Positions 1 to 7,054 of a stretch of 32,000 nt of DNA are shown in pieces. Under the pieces are notes generated by a model. It saw nothing but the letters and a program-made list of their open reading frames with translations, was not told where the DNA came from and did no database searches. The stretch spans positions 4,027,178 to 4,059,177 of the forward strand of contig NC_014259.1 in NCBI RefSeq assembly GCF_000196795.1, read 5' to 3'. A program made the position numbers and the translations under genes. The DNA is from Acinetobacter oleivorans DR1. GTDB taxonomy: Bacteria > Pseudomonadota > Gammaproteobacteria > Pseudomonadales > Moraxellaceae. The first letter of the stretch is position 1. Every line of letters starts with the position of its first letter.

Positions 1-857
1 ATAAATAAGCTTAAAATCGTTATTTTTCTTAATGAATGGTCGATGAACATCCCTGTAATGAGAATGCCTACAATTGAAGAAATCCCGAATATAAAAAGGA
101 TAGTCTCAACGTTGTATGGCTGCCCTGTTGAGGCCAAAAATGGTGAAATATAAGTATAAAGAATGCTATGAGCCAATATCCAAAGGAAGACAACTGCTAA
201 AATAGCTCTGATGCCCGGCATTAAAAGAACTTTTAAAATGGGCAATCTTTTTTGTGCTGACTGTCCTGCAAAATCGGGAATACTAAAGCGAATCCAGAAA
301 AATAAAATTAATGCCAGTAAAGACATGATCCAAAATACGCCACGCCACTCAAACAACGTTCCCAACCACGCCCCCAAAGGAACGCCAATTGATAAGGCAA
401 TGGGTTGCCCAACTCCAGCAATTGCTAAAGCTCGTCCTTGATACGATGCTGCCACCATGCGTCTTACATAACCCGCTAAAAGCCCCCAAATAACACCCGC
501 TGCCATCCCTGCAATAAAACGAGCAATCAAAGTCAGAATATAATCATTTGATAAGGCAGTAATCGCATTAAATAAAAGTAACCCTGCAATAGCACTGAGT
601 AATAAAGGTCTCCGATTCCAACTACGGGTAAGGCTAATCAGCGGTATTGCGGCTAGAACAGAACCTAAGGCATACACTGCTATAAGCTGCCCTGCATAAG
701 CTTCTGAAATATTTAACCCTTGACTGATTTGAGGCAAAAGCCCTGCTGGCATGGTTTCTGTCATGATGGTCAGAAAGCCTGCAACTGTAAAAGCGAACAG
801 TCTCCAAATCGGTAATTGAGTAGAGAATTCTTCAGTTAACTGATGAGATGTTTCATT
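1..857 (-). CDS. MFS-family transporter, 5' portion only (gene runs off the left edge of the window)
   Basis: Manual minus-strand translation from ATG 857..855 gives MKHLIRLTEEFSTQLPIWRLFAFTVAGFLTIMTETMPAGLLPQISQGLNISEAYAGQLIAVYALG... and stays open down to base 3. It has successive hydrophobic helices and an MFS motif-A-like loop (SLTRSWNRRPLL). It is missing from the ORF track only because no stop codon lies inside the window. Confidence 0.75.
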
Positions 858-993
858 ACTCTTAATATTCATAAAGCTTTACTCTCAAATTTTTTTGCAG
901 AGTACTTACTCTGTTCTGCATCGCTATAAGCTTGTTTTATCAGGTTAGGATGGGAAGACATTTGTTCTCCATATGAACTAAAGTCATTATTAC

Positions 994-1007
994 GGAATGA
1001 TCGTTCC
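994..1007. promoter_or_regulatory. 14-bp palindrome GGAATGATCGTTCC, candidate TetR operator upstream of the MFS gene
   Basis: Imperfect inverted repeat. The same core in reverse-complement form (GGAACGATCATTCC) recurs at 1670..1683 just upstream of the TetR gene. Both copies are followed by AATT. Confidence 0.55.
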
Positions 1008-1020
1008 AATTTAAGTTAAA

Positions 1021-1059
1021 TAAAAACCTTAACTATTCAGCTCAACCATAGTTAAGGTT
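1021..1059 (-). terminator. Rho-independent terminator after the TetR gene
   Basis: A 10-bp stem, AACCTTAACT (1025..1034) paired with AGTTAAGGTT (1050..1059), followed on the minus strand by a T-rich tail. It lies directly downstream of the TetR stop at 1070. Confidence 0.6.
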
Positions 1060-1069
1060 TAAATGAGTT

Positions 1070-1654
1070 TTATAAAACGTTTAAAGCAACCTCGACCACA
1101 TCCATTAAAGATTGCTTTCTTTGTTCAAGCGGGCTGCCTTTTCCCAAAACACGTAATCCTTGAATAGTATTTACAAAAAAACTTGCTAACGCGCGTGGGT
1201 TTTGGGTAGAAGGAATTTCACCAGACTGTTGAGCTTTAATGAATAAACTCTCTAAAGCATGTTGTATTTTCTGTAGGTTACTTACAACAAATTGAGCGAC
1301 ATCTTCATCATGGCCAGCCAGTTCTAAACATGCATTTGCGACAAGACACCCTTTATGTTCTGGATCACTTAGCTCATCTTCAACAATATTAAGAAGTAAC
1401 TGTCGAATAAGTACTTTCGCAGAACCTGAACCAGACAACAACTTCACATTATTTAGTGTAGTTAAAAGTTCATAGCGCTGTAACGCTTTTTGATAAAGAC
1501 CTTGTTTGTTTTGAAAAGTGCTGTAAAGGCTACTTCTAGATAGTCCCGTACCATCAACTAAGTCTTGAACTGAAGTTGCAGCATAACCGCGACGCCAAAA
1601 AACCTGCATTGCAGCATCAGCAATTTCATCAGTTTCAAATTCTTTAGTTCGCAT
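1070..1654 (-). CDS. TetR/AcrR-family transcriptional regulator
   Basis: The ORF-track protein has an N-terminal TetR helix-turn-helix (FWRRGYAATSVQDLVDGTGLSRSSLYSTFQNKQGLY). I place the start at ATG 1654 (MRTKEF...) rather than the upstream GTG at 1663. Confidence 0.85.
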   Translation of the reverse strand: MRTKEFETDEIADAAMQVFWRRGYAATSVQDLVDGTGLSRSSLYSTFQNKQGLYQKALQRYELLTTLNNVKLLSGSGSAKVLIRQLLLNIVEDELSDPEHKGCLVANACLELAGHDEDVAQFVVSNLQKIQHALESLFIKAQQSGEIPSTQNPRALASFFVNTIQGLRVLGKGSPLEQRKQSLMDVVEVALNVL

Positions 1655-1669
1655 AAAACACACTTATTA

Positions 1670-1683
1670 GGAACGATCATTCC
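1670..1683. promoter_or_regulatory. Second copy of the candidate TetR operator (GGAACGATCATTCC)
   Basis: Reverse-complement core of the 994..1007 palindrome, located 16 bp upstream of the TetR start codon. Confidence 0.55.
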
Positions 1684-1970
1684 AATTAATTTAAGATAGA
1701 CTAATAAAGAAGTCAAACTAAAAAATTATTTCATGGGTAAACATTTCTGCAATTTGAAAATGATGACTCTATATTTTTATAAAATTAAAAATATTTAATA
1801 AAAGCTACGCCATCTGGACTATTCAAACCAAACTGATTGATGACTGTTTTTCATATTTTTGTCTTGTTCTTTCTGCATTATTTTTAGATTTAATTTTTTC
1901 GCTTGAATACATTATAAAAACATATTATAAACTATTTCTAACCAAATAATTGGTTTTTTGGAACTTTATA

Positions 1971-2672
1971 ATGAACAACAATATTATAATTTTTGGTTAT
2001 GGAACAGGTATTTCCAAAGCCGTAGCACATAAGTTTGGTAAAGAAGGCTATAAAATCGGTTTAGTGGCACGTAATGCTGAAAAACTTGAAAAAGCCATTT
2101 TAGAACTTAAAACACAAGGTATTGAAGCTTACACTTTTACATGTGATTTAGCGGTTCTTGAAGATATACCAAACCTAGTTAAACGTATTAAAGACCAATT
2201 CGGAGAGATTAAAAATATTCATTGGAATGCTTTCCATGATATTGAAGGCAATATCTTAAAAACCCCTCCACTAGAGCTTACTAAAAGCTTTCATATTCGT
2301 GTTTCGAGCTATATTGCGACGGTGCAAGCTTGCTTAGGTGATTTAGAGAAGAATCACGGTAGCATTTTATCGACAAACGGAATTTTTGCTTTCGATGCAG
2401 TGGGCATCGATTTAGTTGCCAAAGAATATTCATCATTAGCGACTACGGCTGCCGCTCAATACAAAGCCACCAACTTGCTTGCTCATAGTCTCGCTGACTC
2501 AAATGTTTACGTGAGCCAAGTGATTGTAAATGGTTTTGTAGATGGAACTCCTGAAGCGAAAGATAAAACCTACACGGTGCATCCAGAAACGATTGCAGAG
2601 CAGTTCTGGTACTTACACCAGCATAAGCAAGAAACTGTTTCCTTTTGTGGTGAAGCCATTCAAGCTGCTTAA
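1971..2672 (+). CDS. Short-chain dehydrogenase/reductase-like (Rossmann-fold) protein
   Basis: The N-terminal beta-alpha-beta segment IIIFGYGTGISKAVAHKFGKEGYKIGLVARN resembles SDR dinucleotide-binding motifs. I prefer the start at ATG 1971 over the TTG at 1950 given by the ORF track. Confidence 0.7.
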   Translation: MNNNIIIFGYGTGISKAVAHKFGKEGYKIGLVARNAEKLEKAILELKTQGIEAYTFTCDLAVLEDIPNLVKRIKDQFGEIKNIHWNAFHDIEGNILKTPPLELTKSFHIRVSSYIATVQACLGDLEKNHGSILSTNGIFAFDAVGIDLVAKEYSSLATTAAAQYKATNLLAHSLADSNVYVSQVIVNGFVDGTPEAKDKTYTVHPETIAEQFWYLHQHKQETVSFCGEAIQAA

Positions 2673-2720
2673 ACTATTTTGTATGGAAGAAGAAGCGTAA
2701 TCAATTACGCTTCTTACAGC

Positions 2721-3593
2721 TTATTGCACATAAGGCCAAATATCTGGGTCTATATAGCTCTCATCTATATGGTAACCCTCTTTTTTCATATTATTTTCTT
2801 CAGTTTTACGTGCTTTCTTATTATTGGCAACTTCAGTTTCAAATGCTTGCTTTAACTGCTCTGAATTCATCTTATCTGTATCAGATATAGCATTTCGCCC
2901 TGCATATTTAAAGTTCTCAAAGCTATACCTCACCATATACTGTTCTTTTTTATCATCTTTATAGGTCTGTCGAAGACTAATACCTAATTCCACATCCCCA
3001 TTATACAAATTAAATACCAACCTATTTGTTTTCGAAAGAACATCCTGCCATTCTTTAAAACTTAAGATATAAGTTGGATCTATAACCTCACCCATGGTTT
3101 CATTCATATGCTTTAAATTATCTTGTTTATCAATTCGAGCACTAAAAGGTAAAAAATACTGCTTCCATTGTTTGTCATTTATCTGATGCACTAATTTAGT
3201 ATAAGCAGTATAGGCTTCTTGGCTCGTGGTATATTCATTTGGATGTAAGCTGGCATTAATGTCCATGATTTGAATACCATCATTGCTTCGTCGAGCTACT
3301 TGTGTACCTAGCACACTGATCACATTTTCTATTTCTAAATTACTCTTTTCACTAAATACACGTACTCGACCTAGTTTTGGTGGAGTCCAATCTAATGATA
3401 AAAAATTCATCCCTGCAGGCTGACGATCAACTGGCGTAGTACTATTTTTAGTAAAATCCTGCATGCCTTGTTTACCAAAATGAAGGGCTATTACATCTTG
3501 ATTTTGGTTCTTTAAACTAATACTTGTTGGTTTACATGCAATTAAAAATAGGCATGTAAAGATGCAGATAAATAAAGATAAATAGTTCTTCAT
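2721..3593 (-). CDS. Lipoprotein of unknown function; last gene of the vgrG island
   Basis: Signal peptide plus lipobox (LFLIAC at the N-terminus). AT-rich like the rest of the island. K/E-rich C-terminal tail. I recognise no family. Confidence 0.6.
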   Translation of the reverse strand: MKNYLSLFICIFTCLFLIACKPTSISLKNQNQDVIALHFGKQGMQDFTKNSTTPVDRQPAGMNFLSLDWTPPKLGRVRVFSEKSNLEIENVISVLGTQVARRSNDGIQIMDINASLHPNEYTTSQEAYTAYTKLVHQINDKQWKQYFLPFSARIDKQDNLKHMNETMGEVIDPTYILSFKEWQDVLSKTNRLVFNLYNGDVELGISLRQTYKDDKKEQYMVRYSFENFKYAGRNAISDTDKMNSEQLKQAFETEVANNKKARKTEENNMKKEGYHIDESYIDPDIWPYVQ

Positions 3594-3612
3594 AATAAGT
3601 TTCCAGGCCTAT

Positions 3613-3831
3613 CTAGCAACAAGTCTTCCCCTTATTACTACTCGAATATATTTTAAAATCGGCTTTACTATTTCCCCATTTAGAAATGGTTTTCAATTGC
3701 TGATTATATACCTTTCCTACATAGGCTACTGGAAGCCTTTCAGGCTCAATTGTATATTCTCGACCCCACCCTGTCATAACTAACAATGGCACACTCAAAT
3801 TTATTAATTTAAGTTTCAGATTTTTAAATAA
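3613..3831 (-). pseudogene. Decayed or truncated fourth copy of the Ig-like lipoprotein (immunity-type) family
   Basis: REYTIEPERLPVAYVGKVYNQQLKTIS aligns with KDYNIEPNKLPIAHIGKEYNQTLKITG of the 5440..5802 gene. The lipobox Cys position reads Trp (VMTGWG; a TGG codon where the paralogs have Cys). There is no ATG at the paralogous start position. The frame ends after about 60 homologous residues, against 113-120 in the intact copies. Confidence 0.6.
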
Positions 3832-3832
3832 A

Positions 3833-4243
3833 TTATTTTTCTTCCCATACAATGGGAAATTTTTCTGATTTAGAGACATTACCAATCATTGCAGAGAAAA
3901 TGGCTTGGCATTCTAAATTGATTTTTTTAACTGAACTGATATCTATAGGCTCACAGCTTCTATTATCATTATTTGAGCAGAATTCTACAGATACATCAAT
4001 TTGGTTATTCTCAAATCTATCGATATCCGCATCTAATGTTTGCTGAGGATCAATCATATTTTCACAAATTAACTTTTTTGATGATGATTTTTTTATTTTA
4101 TTTAAAACTTCCTTACCTTCAATTTTTATAGAAAAATTTAATTTTTCATTGCTTTTCATAATATGATCTATTGTGAAATTTGAAATTCTTTCACTACATC
4201 CAGTTAAAAAAATTAGCCCTGATAGGTAAAGAATTTTTTTCAT
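3833..4243 (-). CDS. Four-Cys lipoprotein (paralog B), unknown function, possible orphan immunity protein
   Basis: Lipobox LTGC. The mature part shares a Cys framework with the 4252..4740 product (C ... C-x7-C-x14/15-C). Confidence 0.6.
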   Translation of the reverse strand: MKKILYLSGLIFLTGCSERISNFTIDHIMKSNEKLNFSIKIEGKEVLNKIKKSSSKKLICENMIDPQQTLDADIDRFENNQIDVSVEFCSNNDNRSCEPIDISSVKKINLECQAIFSAMIGNVSKSEKFPIVWEEK

Positions 4244-4251
4244 TTAAAACT

Positions 4252-4740
4252 CTATTGGAAATTGGATTTTCTTATAGCTTCTTTTGATATTAAAATATTA
4301 TCTGCTATAACTTTACTACTTTGTAATAAGCTTCCAAAAACTACTCTACAAGACATATTGCTAGTTAACAATTTTTCCAATTGATTCTTATCGATACATA
4401 CATTCATGGATTCATCTTCGCAGACTTTGAAGTACCCAGATGAAGTATATTTTCCATTTTTTAACTTCTCTCCCTCGACTGAGATAGCTCCTGTCACAAA
4501 GTAATTTTTAATATTATTGCACTTAAAATGTGAATATTTATAATTATTCTCTTGATAAATCTTATTTAAATCATCATTTGTTTCTAAATTAAATTTAAAA
4601 ATATCACCACTCATACCATCCATATAAGAATAAGTTAAATTCTTAAGGGCTATATCCTTAAAATTTTCTTTCTCATTTTTGGCTAAAGGATTACAACCTG
4701 ACAATAAAATGGATAAAATAATTAAAAAATATTTATGCAT
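4252..4740 (-). CDS. Four-Cys lipoprotein (paralog A), unknown function, possible orphan immunity protein
   Basis: Lipobox LSGC. VCEDESMNVC...SCRVVFGS aligns with FCSNNDNRSC...ECQAIFSA of the 3833..4243 product. Confidence 0.6.
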   Translation of the reverse strand: MHKYFLIILSILLSGCNPLAKNEKENFKDIALKNLTYSYMDGMSGDIFKFNLETNDDLNKIYQENNYKYSHFKCNNIKNYFVTGAISVEGEKLKNGKYTSSGYFKVCEDESMNVCIDKNQLEKLLTSNMSCRVVFGSLLQSSKVIADNILISKEAIRKSNFQ

Positions 4741-4744
4741 CTAT

Positions 4745-5086
4745 TCATTCTACAATAATTAATTTATATTTCTTATTTAGCTCATCACTACCACGGCCAT
4801 AAAACCCTGTTGAAATATTTATTGTATATTCACCTTTATGTTTGGGAATACCTTTAATTGAAAAGTCATTAAAACCGCTAGTGTCATTGTTCGGTTGAAT
4901 TTTTAATCCTAAATCATCAGGCATATCAGTATCTATTTCAAAATACTTATCCACTACTTTGCCACCACTAATTTTTATATTCTGGGAATATGCTTCATTG
5001 ACATGAGCTACAGCGAGTTCCTTTGGTTGTACATCATAGTTGCTACAACCATTAAGGGTCATTGCCAATAGAATATATCGAAACAT
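4745..5086 (-). CDS. Ig-like single-domain lipoprotein, tandem paralog 3 (candidate T6SS immunity protein)
   Basis: Lipobox LNGC. The pattern LAVAHVNEAYSQNIKISGG...IKGIPKHKGEYTINI matches the bacterial putative-Ig (He_PIG-like) signature LP.a.vG..Y.q.l...GG ... sG.P...G.y.i.v. Confidence 0.65.
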   Translation of the reverse strand: MFRYILLAMTLNGCSNYDVQPKELAVAHVNEAYSQNIKISGGKVVDKYFEIDTDMPDDLGLKIQPNNDTSGFNDFSIKGIPKHKGEYTINISTGFYGRGSDELNKKYKLIIVE

Positions 5087-5092
5087 GTCTTT

Positions 5093-5434
5093 TTATTCTT
5101 TAACTACAAATTCATAGGTTTTATTTAACTTATCATCACCTCGCCCATAAAAATGTGCATTAATTATAATTTCATATTTCCCTTTATATTTTGGAATTCC
5201 ATCAATTCTTAAATGATTGTATCCATCTATATCATCTACAGGAGTAATTTTAATCTCCTGATTCTCTGGGATATTAGAAGTTAATTCAAAATGTTGTTCA
5301 GAGACTTTTCCACCTGTAATTTTTATATTCTGGGAATATGACTTATTAACATAAGCTACAGCGAGTTCCTTTGGTTGTGCATCATAGTTGCTACAACCAC
5401 TTAGTATTAACCCTAATAAGATATATCTAAACAT
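5093..5434 (-). CDS. Ig-like single-domain lipoprotein, tandem paralog 2 (candidate T6SS immunity protein)
   Basis: Lipobox LSGC. By manual count, 35 of the first 45 residues are identical to paralog 3. The two copies are offset by 348 bp and share long identical nucleotide runs, for example GCTACAGCGAGTTCCTTTGGTTGT. Confidence 0.65.
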   Translation of the reverse strand: MFRYILLGLILSGCSNYDAQPKELAVAYVNKSYSQNIKITGGKVSEQHFELTSNIPENQEIKITPVDDIDGYNHLRIDGIPKYKGKYEIIINAHFYGRGDDKLNKTYEFVVKE

Positions 5435-5439
5435 ATATC

Positions 5440-5802
5440 TTATTCTTTAACTACAAACTCATAGGTCTTATCCAACTCCCCATCACCACCAGCATAAAAA
5501 CTGGCATATATATTAATAGTAAAAGTTCCCTTATGTTTTGGAACTCCAGAAATTTTTAAATTATTATAAGCATCCGCTTCATTTTGATCTATTGGCTCAA
5601 TAGAGATATTCATATCACTTGGAAAATTATCTTTTACTTCAAAAGACTGTGGTATCACTCTTCCACCAGTAATTTTTAATGTCTGATTATATTCTTTGCC
5701 AATATGTGCTATCGGAAGCTTATTTGGTTCAATATTATAATCCTTACTACAGCCACAAAGACTCAAACTTAAAAATATTACAGCCAATTTATTAAATTTC
5801 AT
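5440..5802 (-). CDS. Ig-like single-domain lipoprotein, tandem paralog 1 (most likely cognate immunity protein)
   Basis: Lipobox LCGC. Same Ig-like pattern as the other paralogs. Its ATG overlaps the effector stop by one base (TAATG at 5800..5804), which suggests translational coupling. Confidence 0.65.
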   Translation of the reverse strand: MKFNKLAVIFLSLSLCGCSKDYNIEPNKLPIAHIGKEYNQTLKITGGRVIPQSFEVKDNFPSDMNISIEPIDQNEADAYNNLKISGVPKHKGTFTINIYASFYAGGDGELDKTYEFVVKE

Positions 5803-7046
5803 TAGAAAGACTCCCTTTTTACTATTAATGCAAAAAAAACTGCTTTTTCAAAATCATATAGAGACAAATTCGGTTTTAATTGTTGTTTATTCTCTCCCCA
5901 AGAAAAGGCTTGTAATTGAACTTCCGTCTTATATGGATCTGTTGTATTTGTTATAGGCTGACCATTACTCTGTCTTAATTTGTCAGTCCAAACAATCCAA
6001 TGATCTGGAAAACTTTGCGTGCCTGAACTAGAACCACTACTTAATAAGCTCGCAGAAATTAAACTAACTACATAGTAACCAGTTCCAGCATACTGGTTCA
6101 GTTCATTAATTAAACTAGGGTTATAACCATTAATATAAAATGGAAAAGTTTGTATCCCAAGAAATCCACTTTTTTTAAACCAATTTATTAGCTCTCCCCA
6201 TAGTGTAATACCTGCAACTTCTTGATTAGGATCTTTTAACCGTAGTGCAATATTTTCTGATTCTCGTAAACTAGCTAAAGTTATCCAATCAATTGGTGGA
6301 ATTTTAGGAGTTCCATTTTTTCTATAATAATTTTTTACTCGACGACATCCATCTAAAGTTGCCTCTATATTTAAATCTCCAATCCTTGTCTTTCCTGTTT
6401 CCCATAATTGTTTAACTGCAAACTTATATTTAGTCGGACTTAAATTGATAAGACAGAAGAAATAAGCTGCTGGGCCACACAAAGAAGCGTCAAATTGGTC
6501 AGGTAGAGGTTCGTTCAAACGAGCTTGTAAACCAGCTTCAATTTGAAGTTTTGAAAATGGGTCTTTCGCTTCCCCAGGCTTACAGCCAGGATCTATACAT
6601 TGAAAAACTCTATCTCTGCTCAAATTGAGCTGGAATGTATTTTTAGACTTAACCTCTTTAACAACCTTAGTCATGTAAGTTGCTTCGTTATACTTTACTT
6701 TAGATATCTTAGTGTTTTGGCTAAAATTTGCTGAAGGATAAGACTCAATCTTATCTGGCAAAATATAATTACTTAATACTAAAGCTTCTTTCCCACTGAT
6801 ACTCAATCGATATAAGTCAAAAAGAATTACACAGTCTCTTATATTTTCAATACCTAACTTACTACCATCTATCTCGGCAGATCTTGTTTGATAAAGATTA
6901 TTTCCTACTTTTTTGAATTCCTTACTTGTAAAAAGTATCGAAGTTTCTGCCTTATTTTTTACGGTATTGTAAACGTACAATCTATACTTTAATAAGCTAG
7001 GTTTTACATTTGTTTCCAAAACAACATACGGATAATACTTTGCCAT
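5802..7046 (-). CDS. VgrG-linked cargo protein: putative T6SS effector with a C-terminal papain/C39-like Cys-His domain
   Basis: The gene starts 8 nt after the vgrG stop. It has no signal peptide. The motifs are Q184-x5-C190-G (QFDASLCGPAAYFFCL), H349 (PDHWIVW) and D370-P. Confidence 0.6.
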   Translation of the reverse strand: MAKYYPYVVLETNVKPSLLKYRLYVYNTVKNKAETSILFTSKEFKKVGNNLYQTRSAEIDGSKLGIENIRDCVILFDLYRLSISGKEALVLSNYILPDKIESYPSANFSQNTKISKVKYNEATYMTKVVKEVKSKNTFQLNLSRDRVFQCIDPGCKPGEAKDPFSKLQIEAGLQARLNEPLPDQFDASLCGPAAYFFCLINLSPTKYKFAVKQLWETGKTRIGDLNIEATLDGCRRVKNYYRKNGTPKIPPIDWITLASLRESENIALRLKDPNQEVAGITLWGELINWFKKSGFLGIQTFPFYINGYNPSLINELNQYAGTGYYVVSLISASLLSSGSSSGTQSFPDHWIVWTDKLRQSNGQPITNTTDPYKTEVQLQAFSWGENKQQLKPNLSLYDFEKAVFFALIVKRESF

Positions 7047-7054
7047 TATTATTT

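Noticed and set aside
211-441. 76-aa plus-strand ORF from the track
   Set aside because: It lies entirely antisense to the open, clearly membrane-protein-like MFS reading frame (1..857, minus strand). It has no RBS, and its Pro/Lys-rich sequence is implausible.
3852-4046. 64-aa plus-strand ORF
   Set aside because: It is antisense to the four-Cys lipoprotein gene 3833..4243, lies in AT-rich sequence, and has no RBS.
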